From the NCBI GenBank assembly GCA_964441155.1, contig CAYYKL010000001.1, positions 24,393 through 88,392 on the forward strand: a stretch of 64,000 bases of DNA, written 5' to 3'. The notes beneath the pieces are model-generated. The model saw only the letters and a list, made by a program, of their open reading frames with translations. It did not search any database and was not told the origin of the DNA. The stretch comes from an uncultured Pseudomonadales bacterium. GTDB lineage: Bacteria; Patescibacteriota; Microgenomatia; UBA1400; RBG-16-45-19. This document shows positions 1-9,980 of the stretch, piece after piece (within the stretch, counting starts at the first letter, position 1; each line of letters starts with the position of its first letter). The position numbers and the translations under genes are program-made.

Positions 1-224
1 ACAGGCCAAGCGCGACCGTGCAAACCCTCAAAAGCAGTTAACTTCATGAAGTTTAGAATATGACCGTGGCAACCAATACCGGCAACCAGTGCAGTGTTGG
101 TATTGTCCCATCCTGCTTTGGTGGCGGCTTCTTTGAATGCAGTCCAGATGCCAAGGTCGCCACAACCAGGGCAAAAATTAGGTTTTACAGGAGTTTGCAA
201 TGATTTATGGGTGTGATCGGTCAT
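1..224 (-). CDS. 2-oxoacid:ferredoxin oxidoreductase beta (TPP-binding) subunit, N-terminal part only; the gene continues past the window start
   Basis: The reverse-complement translation from the ATG at 222-224 reads MTDHTHKSLQTPVKPNFCPGCGDLGIWTAFKEA... The CPGCG motif is typical of KorB/PorB-type beta subunits. The start abuts the stop of the alpha-subunit gene. Confidence 0.7.
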   Translation of the reverse strand, partial: MTDHTHKSLQTPVKPNFCPGCGDLGIWTAFKEAATKAGWDNTNTALVAGIGCHGHILNFMKLTAFEGLHGRAWP

Positions 225-1937
225 TTATTTCCCAATGCTGGCTACTTTGGTAATAATTTCTTCTGGGTAAAATGGTCGACCATCATACTTTTGCAGGGTG
301 TCCAATATCATGATGCCGGTGTGTTCGCGTATAAGCCCGCGTAATTGAGCCGAATAGTTGTTTTCTATACAAATCAGGTAGTTGGCACTCTCAAGCGCTT
401 CTTGGACAGCGAGAGTGGGAAAAGGGTTCATCCAGGTGAGGTGCAAGAAATTAACTTGGGGTAACACTCGCATGGCTTCAAGAATAGCACCCTTATTGCT
501 GCCCCAAGAAACTAGCGTAACTTCAGCATCTATGGGTCCAAACAGTTGAGGTGGTTGCATGTCTTGAGTCGCGCATACATCAAGCTTGTGCATGCGCTTG
601 TTCATTTGATCGATTCGGTTTTGAGCACTTTCGCTCGAATAGCCGTGTTCATTGTGCTCGTCGGAGTTAGCGATGAAATGATTGCCACTCCCAGGTGTTG
701 ATCGCACGGAAATGCCATCCTCACTTAAGCCATATCGGGCAAACCCTTCAACTCTCTCCCGGGTAAATTTGCCCCGATCAATCATATAGGTGCTCGTGTC
801 AAAGGGCGGCAAACTTATCTGACATTCACATATATGTTTATCAACCAAGATAATCACCGGAGTCTGGTATTTGTCTGCCAGATTAAATGCTAGAAGCGTT
901 TGATCGTAGGCTTCTTGGGCATCACCAGCTGCCAATACAATTCGGGGAAAATCGCCTTGTGAAGCATGGAGCACAAAGCGCAAGTCTGCTTGCTCAGTCC
1001 AAGTGGGCAATCCCGTCGCCGGTCCGCCACGCATGCCCACAATAATGACAATGGGTAGCTCGGTAATCCCTGCCAATCCATAGCCTTCTGCCATTAAATT
1101 AAATCCACCACCTGCTGTTGCTACCATTGCCCTAGCTCCCGCATGAGCAGCACCAAGCGCCATATTGATGGCAGAAATTTCATCCTCAGGTTGTTTATAG
1201 ATATAATTATATTTGTCCTGAAACGGGGCTAAGGTATGCAGGATATTTGACGTTGGGGTCATTGGATAAATGGCACTAAATTGCATACCAGCGGCAATTG
1301 CCCCCAATGCCACTGATTCATTAGCAGTTAAGACCATGGGAACAACATCCACGGGCCTTGGGGTGAGCACTGCCTGGCACGATTGAGGATATTGGGTTTT
1401 AACGAGATCATATCCTGCTTGAGCACATTGCTGATTAGCGCGCACAATGCGCTCAGATTTCCCCCCAAACTCCTCGTCAATGAGTGCAAAAAGCATCGAA
1501 AGCTCTCCCTCAATCAGAGCTATGAGAGCGCCCAGTGCCACCGTGTTGCGCATCAACGTTGAGCCGCCGTACTTGGTTGCAAGGGCATTAAAGGGAACAT
1601 TCACTCCATTTACGCTTACTGGTAATTCTGGCAGACTCATGCCTTTTTCGGCATCAAAAATGACCACCGAGCCATCGATCAGTTCGTCTTGATGTAAAGT
1701 AATCGTTTCTTGATTGAAAGCAACGAGAACATGCGTTGGTTGATATTGGGAGTAAACAGGTTCAGGACTAATGGTTACTTGCACTACATTATGTCCACCT
1801 CGAATAATTGAAGGATACTCGGCATAACTAAAAATCTGATAACCCGATCGAGTGGCAATTTTGGCCATTGTCAAACCGGCCGACATAATGCCAAAGCCGG
1901 CCTCACCACCGATTTTTAGGTTAAAGGGATAGGTCAT
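225..1937 (-). CDS. 2-oxoacid:ferredoxin oxidoreductase alpha subunit (KorA/PorA-like)
   Basis: 570-aa ORF with alpha-subunit architecture: an N-terminal gamma-like domain and a pyrimidine-binding domain. It is translationally coupled to the downstream beta subunit. Confidence 0.8.
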   Translation of the reverse strand: MTYPFNLKIGGEAGFGIMSAGLTMAKIATRSGYQIFSYAEYPSIIRGGHNVVQVTISPEPVYSQYQPTHVLVAFNQETITLHQDELIDGSVVIFDAEKGMSLPELPVSVNGVNVPFNALATKYGGSTLMRNTVALGALIALIEGELSMLFALIDEEFGGKSERIVRANQQCAQAGYDLVKTQYPQSCQAVLTPRPVDVVPMVLTANESVALGAIAAGMQFSAIYPMTPTSNILHTLAPFQDKYNYIYKQPEDEISAINMALGAAHAGARAMVATAGGGFNLMAEGYGLAGITELPIVIIVGMRGGPATGLPTWTEQADLRFVLHASQGDFPRIVLAAGDAQEAYDQTLLAFNLADKYQTPVIILVDKHICECQISLPPFDTSTYMIDRGKFTRERVEGFARYGLSEDGISVRSTPGSGNHFIANSDEHNEHGYSSESAQNRIDQMNKRMHKLDVCATQDMQPPQLFGPIDAEVTLVSWGSNKGAILEAMRVLPQVNFLHLTWMNPFPTLAVQEALESANYLICIENNYSAQLRGLIREHTGIMILDTLQKYDGRPFYPEEIITKVASIGK

Positions 1938-3223
1938 GCACTTACTTCCTGTTTTCCAACTACACTTTGGGGGTTACACACAGGACACGATTCACTTAAG
2001 ACTTTTCCGCTTTGGAACGCCAACCAAGCTTTTTTCCAAGGGAGAATGCTTAAAAATACTTTGAGATCCAAAAGTCTGCGCAGCCACCAGCCAACTCGTC
2101 CATAAAATTTCAAGCCTGCCCACACGGCGGCTGCCCAATTAGAACCAACGGGAATCGAATAGACGGGTGTTTTAGCAATATAGGTGGGTCGAAACTTTTT
2201 CTCAAGCCTCGCGTCTATGTCAGTGGCAATAAAGGCCCCGTCATAGAGTGCTGTTTGTGCCATGCCGGTAAATTCAGTCGCCGCTGCGTCTCCACCAACG
2301 TAGATACGAGAATTATCGGCAGTTTGCAAATGCTTGTTTACTTCGATTTGACCTTTTGGATTCAGCTTTAATCCCTCAACTTGAGCGTACAGTTTATTTG
2401 ATGCAACACCCGCAGTCCAAATAACTGTTTTGGCATTCATTTGCATATCTTTCAAAAAGACTTCTGAAACTTCTTCTTTAATGAGACGCCGGTTAAGGTA
2501 GACATTTACACCCAGTGAGCGAATACGCGCCTCAATTCGGTTCGTCACATCGTCAGGCAGCATTGGCACCAAATGCGAAGGTGATTGAATGAGTTCAACC
2601 GTGACCAAGGTGGGATCAATGCCATGTTTTTGGGCGAGCGAATCTGCATAGATTGCCAATTCAGCCGCCACTTCGGTACCACTGGCTCCTCCGCCAACCA
2701 CCACCAAATGAGTATTGCACAATGCCTCATCTTTGTTCGCTGCCACACATGAGGCAAATGATTCATGGAGGTGGCGCTTGAGTTTGAGTGCCTCTTCAAT
2801 TGACTTAAATCCAAAGGATAACTCAGGCAAACCAGGTGTGTCGTAATAGGTTGTCTCACTGCCCAAGGTTAAAACCAAATAATCATAGGGGTAGATTGAG
2901 CCCATGTCTCCGGTAACATAACGCTCAGCAGTATCGACACTCATAATGGTGTCTTGAACTACTCGAACTTGCGTGCCCTTGAATATTTCTTCAAGAAGTA
3001 TGCACACCTCCAACGGTGAGCGCCCCGTGACAACTCGATAGAGTGCAGCATGGTATTCAAAATGAGGTTTATTGCTAATGAGGGTTATCTTGGTGTGATG
3101 CGGATCGAGTTTTGCGAGCTTGAGTGCACACGCCACTCCGGCAAATCCTGCGCCAACGATAACAATATTTTTTTCGGTTGTTTCCATAGCTACTTTAGAA
3201 TCGCTTTCCCATCGACTGCCCAA
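1934..3223 (-). CDS. type II NADH dehydrogenase / FAD-dependent pyridine nucleotide-disulfide oxidoreductase
   Basis: Two Rossmann GxGxxG motifs (IVIVGAGFAGV and LVVVGGGASGTE), NDH-2-like. The likely true start is METTEK at ~3187, which then abuts the stop of the upstream gene. Confidence 0.7.
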   Translation of the reverse strand: MGSRWESDSKVAMETTEKNIVIVGAGFAGVACALKLAKLDPHHTKITLISNKPHFEYHAALYRVVTGRSPLEVCILLEEIFKGTQVRVVQDTIMSVDTAERYVTGDMGSIYPYDYLVLTLGSETTYYDTPGLPELSFGFKSIEEALKLKRHLHESFASCVAANKDEALCNTHLVVVGGGASGTEVAAELAIYADSLAQKHGIDPTLVTVELIQSPSHLVPMLPDDVTNRIEARIRSLGVNVYLNRRLIKEEVSEVFLKDMQMNAKTVIWTAGVASNKLYAQVEGLKLNPKGQIEVNKHLQTADNSRIYVGGDAAATEFTGMAQTALYDGAFIATDIDARLEKKFRPTYIAKTPVYSIPVGSNWAAAVWAGLKFYGRVGWWLRRLLDLKVFLSILPWKKAWLAFQSGKVLSESCPVCNPQSVVGKQEVSA

Positions 3224-5313
3224 GCATGTGTACGAGTGACAATCACCGGGTTAATTTCTATTTCAGCAAATTCATCTACATTCTGAGCTAATTGCGAGAG
3301 AGCGATCATGAGCTCTTGCAGTTTTTGGACTGCATACGGCTCTTCACCGCGATAGCCTTCAAGCACTTTAGCGATTTTTGCTTGCCGCACCAAAGCCGCG
3401 ATTTGAGCTGAATCTTGCGTTAATACAAGCAAGTTTCGATCGGCAACCAGCTCTGCCAGGGTTCCCCCCGCGCCAAACATCATGATGTTGCCAAAACTCG
3501 GGTCACGCTTGATGCCGATTATGACCTCCACTCCCGATTCGACTTGTTTTTGAATCTGAACGTTCGCTTGAGAATCACCCAACTTTTGGATTGATGCTTG
3601 CATTTTGGTCCACGCTTCTTTCATTTGCTCGGGAGTATGAATGTTGGTCACAACCCCACCAATGTCCTGCTTGTGCAGGGCTTTGCTTGAGGTGATTTTG
3701 AGCACCACTGGCCAATTGTGTTGGGTGACAAACGCCAAAGCATCTTCTTCACTGGCCACAATTTCTTGAGGCGGCACTGCGATTCCTGCTTGGGACAAGA
3801 GTTCGTTGGCTTCGTGCCCAGTCAACACGACTCGGTCGTCATTTCGCACATTTTTAATCAAGTTAAGCGCAAATTCGATGTTTTCAACAATTGGTTCTCG
3901 AATTACCAGGGGTGAACCCTGTTTAGACCGCCATTGTTGCCACCACCACATTGAACCCAAAGCCTTGATTGCGCGCTCGGGATAACGAAACGATGGAATT
4001 TTAGCTTTATCTAAAATCTGCTCCCCAGCCACAATTACCCCGCCGCCCATAAATGAGCAAATAATCGGCTTATGATACTTTTGCGACATTTCCTTGATAA
4101 CCTCGGCTGTTTGCTCCACTTGCGTGGTTATTTGTGGGGTCAAAATCACGATTACTGAATCTACTGACTCTTCAGCCAAAACCGCATCCATGGCAATGCG
4201 GTAGCGATCAGCCAGAGCATCGCCCAAAACATCAACCGGGTTTAGGAGGCTGGCAGCTCGGGGCAACTGCTGCTGTAGCAAGCTCTTGGTTTCTTCACTA
4301 ATTTCCGCCAGCTCTAATCCGGCTTCTTGAATAAAGTCAGTGCTAATAACCGCTGGGCCGCCAGCGTTAGAAACAACCGCCACTTTGGGGCCACTCGGAG
4401 CTTGTTCCCAGGCAAAAACCCGAGACAAGTCAAATAAATCCTCAACCCCATGGCAACGGATTATTCCAGCCTGGGCAAAGGCTTGATCCAAAACCGCGTC
4501 CTCCCCTGCAATTGAACCTGTATGTGATTGCATCGCTTTTTGAGCCGCTTTGGATTTACCTGGTTTTAACACAAACAAGGGTTGGGTTTGGGCTAGTTTT
4601 GAAGCAAGCTTAAAAAATTCTTTGCCTTTCTCAAGCGATTCTAAATACATGCCGATGGGTTGATATGGCGACAATCCTGGTTCACTGCTGGGCTGAGTGT
4701 TGCTTTGCGACCAGTAGGCCAACAACTCATTTTCACCTAGCGTTGATTTGTTGCCTAAGGTAATAAATTCACTAAAACCAATACCGGCGTATTCCGCCCA
4801 ATCAAATACACTCGAAGCAATAGCTCCCGACTGCGACATAAATCGCAAGTTCCCCAAGCTACTCGAAACCTTACCGAATGAAGCGTTGATGTGGTGATGA
4901 TTGTTCACAAAACCCAAACAATTCGGGCCCAGGAGTGCCAAATCAAATTCTTTAGCCACGGCCAACAGCTCAAGCTCTAACTGCTCACCGTCTTTGCCAA
5001 TTTCTTTAAACCCCGCACTCAAAATTACCACACTTTTGGTGCCTTTTTTTCCTAATTCCCGCAGAGATTCGATCACAAATTGCGAGGGTATGGCAATAAC
5101 CGCCATGTCTGGAATTTCGGGGAGACTTGCAATATCGGCATAACTCTGGATGTCTCCGATTAATTCAGCTTTCGGATTGACCGGAAATAATTTGCCTTGG
5201 TAGCCTGAAGTCAAAAGGTTGGCGAGGACTATGGCACCGATTTTTTTAGGATCTCTGGAAGCGCCAATAATCGCAATAGAATTAGGGTAAAAAAGTGTCT
5301 GCAAAGTGGGCAT
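3190..5313 (-). CDS. ADP-forming acetyl-CoA synthetase (acetate--CoA ligase, NDP-forming), fused alpha+beta
   Basis: 707 aa. N-terminal CoA-binding domain (IAIIGASRDPKKIGAIV), a succinyl-CoA-synthetase-like flavodoxin domain and a C-terminal ATP-grasp domain. Confidence 0.75.
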   Translation of the reverse strand: MPTLQTLFYPNSIAIIGASRDPKKIGAIVLANLLTSGYQGKLFPVNPKAELIGDIQSYADIASLPEIPDMAVIAIPSQFVIESLRELGKKGTKSVVILSAGFKEIGKDGEQLELELLAVAKEFDLALLGPNCLGFVNNHHHINASFGKVSSSLGNLRFMSQSGAIASSVFDWAEYAGIGFSEFITLGNKSTLGENELLAYWSQSNTQPSSEPGLSPYQPIGMYLESLEKGKEFFKLASKLAQTQPLFVLKPGKSKAAQKAMQSHTGSIAGEDAVLDQAFAQAGIIRCHGVEDLFDLSRVFAWEQAPSGPKVAVVSNAGGPAVISTDFIQEAGLELAEISEETKSLLQQQLPRAASLLNPVDVLGDALADRYRIAMDAVLAEESVDSVIVILTPQITTQVEQTAEVIKEMSQKYHKPIICSFMGGGVIVAGEQILDKAKIPSFRYPERAIKALGSMWWWQQWRSKQGSPLVIREPIVENIEFALNLIKNVRNDDRVVLTGHEANELLSQAGIAVPPQEIVASEEDALAFVTQHNWPVVLKITSSKALHKQDIGGVVTNIHTPEQMKEAWTKMQASIQKLGDSQANVQIQKQVESGVEVIIGIKRDPSFGNIMMFGAGGTLAELVADRNLLVLTQDSAQIAALVRQAKIAKVLEGYRGEEPYAVQKLQELMIALSQLAQNVDEFAEIEINPVIVTRTHAWAVDGKAILK

Positions 5314-5426
5314 GGGGCAACAGCAGTCTCAATTAATAATTGATACTTCATTAAAGTGTACGGGACTCGTCGGCCGCATGTCAAAAGGAATTGTGATGCC
5401 AATCACTGGAAATATGTTGGAGTGTG

Positions 5427-6503
5427 TTATTTTATTTCAATGGTTCGCTTGTGCGTTTTGCCTGTTCGCAATATCGAAAAGCACAAACCCATAAGCAAAC
5501 ACAGACTTATAAGCGAGCTGCCACCGACGGAAACAAATGGCAAGGTGATGCCAGTCACCGGCACAATCCCCATATTCATTCCCATATTGATAAACGCTTG
5601 CACCCAAATGAGCGATAGCATCATCACTGCCACGAGACTGCCTTCATCGGTCGGGGCACTTCGAGCTACCCCCAATAATCCCCATCCAAGTCCCAGATAA
5701 GCGATGATTACCAACACTCCCCCTAAAAATCCCATTTCTTCTACCAAGGACGCAAAAATAAAATCCGTGTGTCGCTCGGGCAAAAAATTAAGTTGTGACT
5801 GCGTGCCCTGCCCCAAACCCCGACCAAAAAGTTTGCCTGATCCAACCGCAATCATGGCTTGAGCAGCATTGTAACCAGTTCCTAATGGATCACTGGCAGG
5901 GCTTAAAAAACTAGTTAAGCGATTTTTTTGGTACGGCTTAAGCAAGCCAAAGCCCATAGGCACTATGAGCAATCCAACCAGCATCACTCCAAAGAGTCTT
6001 TTAAAATCCACTCCTGCAGAGACGAGTGCAACTGCGACAATAAAACCCAGAATCAGCGCCGTGCCTAAGTCAGGCTGAATAAATACGAGCAAAACAGGCA
6101 GTAAAGTGAGTGCGATAGTGATCGCTAGTTTCTTCCAGTTGCTGGGATAGTTTTTGCTTAAGACGTTGGCTAAAAACAAAATTAGCAAGGGTTTGGCCAA
6201 TTCTGACGTTTGCAACCTGACTCCAAACACATCCAGCCAACGAACACTACCACGAGCTTCTGCTCCGACCACTACGGTAACGATAAGGATAAGCATCAAG
6301 AGCGCATAGTAAGGCCAAGCCGAAAACATGAGGACGCGATAATCAACGCTTGAAACCACATACATAAGACCAATCCCCAGCACCATATACATGACTTGAC
6401 CTTGAAGGTTGGCCGGAGCGACTGAATTAATCATCAAGACACTCAAGCCAAACAAAATCAAAAGTGAAAGCACCAAAGCAAACAATTGGGTCTGTTTTGA
6501 CAT
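5427..6503 (-). CDS. SEDS family peptidoglycan polymerase (RodA/FtsW-like)
   Basis: 358 aa, polytopic. Conserved SEDS blocks (QPDLGTA, SGKLFGRGLGQGTQ, LPERHTDFIFA). It is a second SEDS copy, separate from the ftsW in the division cluster. Confidence 0.8.
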   Translation of the reverse strand: MSKQTQLFALVLSLLILFGLSVLMINSVAPANLQGQVMYMVLGIGLMYVVSSVDYRVLMFSAWPYYALLMLILIVTVVVGAEARGSVRWLDVFGVRLQTSELAKPLLILFLANVLSKNYPSNWKKLAITIALTLLPVLLVFIQPDLGTALILGFIVAVALVSAGVDFKRLFGVMLVGLLIVPMGFGLLKPYQKNRLTSFLSPASDPLGTGYNAAQAMIAVGSGKLFGRGLGQGTQSQLNFLPERHTDFIFASLVEEMGFLGGVLVIIAYLGLGWGLLGVARSAPTDEGSLVAVMMLSLIWVQAFINMGMNMGIVPVTGITLPFVSVGGSSLISLCLLMGLCFSILRTGKTHKRTIEIK

Positions 6504-6516
6504 GTAGTAACTTTAT

Positions 6517-9441
6517 CTACGCTTGTGATCGAATGATACGCAACATTTCACCATGCTTAAGCGTTTTGGCTAAGACTTTGGTTTTGATTTCAGTTTCAAA
6601 GAGTTCTGGCCACTCTGGCAATTCCACGTCGACCAATTCATCATGAGCAGTTTGCGCCACTTTCCTGGCATCCATAATCTTGCGAATGATTTCACGCGCC
6701 TTGCCTTCGGCTTCAAGTTCGGGCGACAACTCAAGATCTAGATAGGCGGTAACGACGCCCATTTTTGCCGCATCACTCGCGTGCTTCACCGTTGTCTTAG
6801 CGGCATACTCTTGAGAAATGGGTGTAAACACTTTTACATTTGCCTCAGCTTGGATCAGAGCAACCAACTGTGGTTCTTCATTCAGAATCTTGGCGAAAGG
6901 GCGATCAAGCGACCAACTGCCCAGAGGCTGACGGGCTGGTATGCCAGATTCTTTGCGCAGCGAATGAAGCAGAGAAACAATATGTTGTATTAGGTCCATA
7001 CGATTTTCAAGTTCGGGTTTGTTGGCATCAGCTCGAAATTGAGGCAAAAGTTCTAAATGAATTGATTCTTTGCCATTTATGACTATATTTTGGTACACCA
7101 ACTCTGCAAAAAATGGTGCAAACGGGGCAATGAGTAAACTCCAGCGCAACAGTGTTGCCCTAAACACCTGAAGTACTTCTTGATTGGTTGCATTGTCACG
7201 CAATCGATCTCGACTCAAGCGCAACCACCAAGTCGAAAATTCTTGCACAAACTCCATGAGTGCTCTTGATGCAGTCACCACGTCATAGCTATCCATCGCT
7301 TCAACCACCGTTTTGGTTAAGCCTTCGACTTTGGATATAAGCCATTGGTCCAATACGTGCTCTGCTTTTTGGGGAAGTGCAAAATCTTGCTGGTCGTCAT
7401 CATAGAGTTTATAGAAAGAGAGAACATTCCACATCATCACTAATACTTTTTTCCTGATTTCGTCGACTTGAACTTCGGCAAAATTGACATTTTCAGCCGT
7501 TTTCATGACAGGAGAACTAGCGAAATATAATCTCAGTGCGTCAACGCCATATTTGTCGACAAGCAACATCGGATCGGTAAAATTGCGTTTACTCTTGCTC
7601 ATTTTGGTGCCATCTGCAGCCATAATCGTGCCGGTCGTGAGCGCGTTTTCAAAGGTATGTTTGCCAAACAGTGCCACCGACATCACGTGAAGCGTATAAA
7701 ACCAGGCTCGAGTTTGAGCAATATACTCACTAATAAATTGGGCTGGGTGGCGCTTGTCAAATTTTTCTTGGTTTTCAAACGGATAATGCTCGCTTGCATA
7801 AGGCATGCTTCCCGACTCGACCCAACAATCAAAGACTTCCGCGATTCTTGTGCCTTTTATAGTCTTTGCATCATCAACCCAGACTTCAATGTCATCAATA
7901 AACTCTCGATGAATATCGGTTAATCCTTCAACACGTGTCGGATCTACTGCCCAGTCTTTAAGCTCGTCAATTGAGCCAATAACGCGGTATTTTTTTGATT
8001 TTGGATTTTGATTATCGGTTATGTGTTCTTCCCATATTGGCATTGGCGTACCCCAATAACGCGAGCGCGAGATGTTCCAATCAGGCGCCGTTTCCAATCC
8101 TTTGCCAAATCGACCGGCTTTTAAGTGCGAGGGCACCCAATTAATGGGTTCGTTGTTTGCAACTAATTGATCTTTGATGGATTGAATGTTTATAAACCAG
8201 GCTGGAATACCAGTGTAAAAGAGTGGCGTTTCACAGCGGTAGCAATGTGGGTAGGAGTGGACAAATTTTTCTTGCTTAAACAGCAACTCACGCTTGGTTA
8301 GATCATCAAGTACCCAGGCTTCTGATTTTTTGAAAAAGACGCCTGACAATGGCTCCACGAAAGGTAAAAACTTGCCTTGGTCGTCAAGCATGTCCACCAA
8401 AGGTAAATCAAGTTTCAAAGCTAATTGAAAATCATCTTCACCATACATTGCGGCCGTGTGCACTACACCGGTTCCGTCCTCCATGGACACAAAATCACCA
8501 GCGGCAACATAGTGTGCTTTTTTGTCGCCAATATCAAGATAGGTGTAGAGCGGTTCATATTCCCACCCCGACATATCAGCACCCATCAGTGTTTCAACCA
8601 CTTCATAGGGTTTTTCGATGATGCCAAGTCTCGCTTCGGCTAAATAGAAAAACTCTTCGTCAATTTTGATTTTGACATACGGCTTGTCGGGTGCCACGGC
8701 TAGACCCACATTGCCAATGAGTGTCCAGGGAGTGGTGGTCCAGGCTAATATAAATTCATTCTGATGATTTTTTCGCTTGAACTTAATAGTGATTGAATTG
8801 TCTTCGACGTGCTTGTAGCTGTTGTCCATGGCGATTTCGAAATTAGACAGTGGCGTGGAACAGCGAGGACAATAGAGGATTACTTTTCTGCCTTGATACA
8901 CCAGACCTTTTTCGTGCAGTTGTTTAAACGCCCACCACACCGATTCCATGAAACTCACGTCCATAGTTTTATATGAGTTTTTAAAATCAACCCAGCGACC
9001 GATGCGCTTGATGATTTTTTCCCACTCAGCGTCGAAGCGAAAAATGGCAGATCGACATGCTGCGTTAAATTTGTCGATGCCTAAATCTTCAATGCCTTTT
9101 TTGCCACCTTTAAGATCAAGCTCTTTTTCGACAATGTTTTCAATTGGCAAGCCATGGCAATCCCAACCCCATTTTCGCTCGACCCTGAAGCCTTTCATCG
9201 TCCAATAGCGGGGCACGATGTCTTTCATGATCGAACCTAAAAGATGGCCATAGTGCGGCAAGCCCGTGGCAAAGGGAGGGCCGTCATAGAAAACAAACGG
9301 CTTGTCAGCACTGCGCTCACTCACCGATTTTTCGAAAGCATGAATCTCATCCCAATATTTGAGCACGCGCTCTTCAAGCTCGGGCAAATTTGGTCGCTGT
9401 TTAAAATCTAGGTTTTTTATGTCTGTCATATGTTGGGTCAT
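6517..9441 (-). CDS. ileS: isoleucine--tRNA ligase
   Basis: Class I aaRS: HIGH-type motif (PHYGH) and KMSKS; length ~975 aa. The start is chosen at MTQHMTD (9441). The ORF's extension to 9528 would translate through the leader. Confidence 0.9.
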   Translation of the reverse strand: MTQHMTDIKNLDFKQRPNLPELEERVLKYWDEIHAFEKSVSERSADKPFVFYDGPPFATGLPHYGHLLGSIMKDIVPRYWTMKGFRVERKWGWDCHGLPIENIVEKELDLKGGKKGIEDLGIDKFNAACRSAIFRFDAEWEKIIKRIGRWVDFKNSYKTMDVSFMESVWWAFKQLHEKGLVYQGRKVILYCPRCSTPLSNFEIAMDNSYKHVEDNSITIKFKRKNHQNEFILAWTTTPWTLIGNVGLAVAPDKPYVKIKIDEEFFYLAEARLGIIEKPYEVVETLMGADMSGWEYEPLYTYLDIGDKKAHYVAAGDFVSMEDGTGVVHTAAMYGEDDFQLALKLDLPLVDMLDDQGKFLPFVEPLSGVFFKKSEAWVLDDLTKRELLFKQEKFVHSYPHCYRCETPLFYTGIPAWFINIQSIKDQLVANNEPINWVPSHLKAGRFGKGLETAPDWNISRSRYWGTPMPIWEEHITDNQNPKSKKYRVIGSIDELKDWAVDPTRVEGLTDIHREFIDDIEVWVDDAKTIKGTRIAEVFDCWVESGSMPYASEHYPFENQEKFDKRHPAQFISEYIAQTRAWFYTLHVMSVALFGKHTFENALTTGTIMAADGTKMSKSKRNFTDPMLLVDKYGVDALRLYFASSPVMKTAENVNFAEVQVDEIRKKVLVMMWNVLSFYKLYDDDQQDFALPQKAEHVLDQWLISKVEGLTKTVVEAMDSYDVVTASRALMEFVQEFSTWWLRLSRDRLRDNATNQEVLQVFRATLLRWSLLIAPFAPFFAELVYQNIVINGKESIHLELLPQFRADANKPELENRMDLIQHIVSLLHSLRKESGIPARQPLGSWSLDRPFAKILNEEPQLVALIQAEANVKVFTPISQEYAAKTTVKHASDAAKMGVVTAYLDLELSPELEAEGKAREIIRKIMDARKVAQTAHDELVDVELPEWPELFETEIKTKVLAKTLKHGEMLRIIRSQA

Positions 9442-9720
9442 CCTGAACGTGTTTAGTTTAACGATACAAAAAAAGCGGCACACATCCTCTCTTTCAAAAG
9501 GTCCCGTTGACGGGAGGTACCACCTCAATTAGCGATTAGGATCTAGGGTTTAGTGGCTAGAGTTTTTTGCATTTCCCTAATCACTATTCACTAGTGGCTA
9601 ACCACTGTCTCGTTCCTGCTGTCTCGGGCTTACCCGGAAGGGTCTAATGAGGATGCTTGCATCCTGTTCTTCCTTCTCCCCCACCTACTTTTGTAGTAGA
9701 TCTCCTTGCTGATAACAAGT
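9442..9720 (-). promoter_or_regulatory. T-box riboswitch-like leader upstream of ileS
   Basis: The minus-strand RNA contains AAUUGAGGUGGUACCUCCCG (plus-strand ~9503-9522), matching the T-box consensus AAUUAGGGUGGUACCGCGG. A compact antiterminator can be drawn: GAGG / 7-nt bulge UGGUACC / UCCCG-UCAA-CGGGA / CCUU. The bulge variable base U is complementary to the tRNA-Ile discriminator A73. A U8 tract follows, and upstream hairpins could form Stem I. The specifier and terminator pairing are not resolved. Confidence 0.45.
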
Positions 9721-9980
9721 GAATTCATTAGGGAATTTTCTTGAGTATATCACACAAGTATTTTACCGAACCACAGACGCAAACTTTTCAAGTTCTTCAT
9801 GCTCAACAGTTAGTCTAGCCTCATCAATTAAATGGTTTAATGCCTTCTATACGTCTGGTGAAACAATTCTATTACTTCCATATTGTTCGCGAGCATACTT
9901 CAAAACTAGCTCTTCTTGTCCTTCTTCAATCTAAGGAGCAATAGAACTGATGACAAAAACTCCAGATTCCATGGTTTAAG

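Noticed and set aside
9441-9528. Upstream extension of the ileS ORF (MRWYLPSTGPFERED...)
   Set aside because: The extension would be translated from within the T-box-like leader and its U8 tract. The conserved IleRS N-terminus begins near MTDIK, so the start at 9441 is preferred.
9560-9700. Possible SRP (4.5S) RNA, because of a GAAGGAAG-like stretch and nested hairpins
   Set aside because: The conserved domain IV sequence (GGAAGGAAGCAGCC .. GNRA loop .. symmetric-loop partners) is not present. The hairpins are better explained as T-box Stem I/II elements of the ileS leader.
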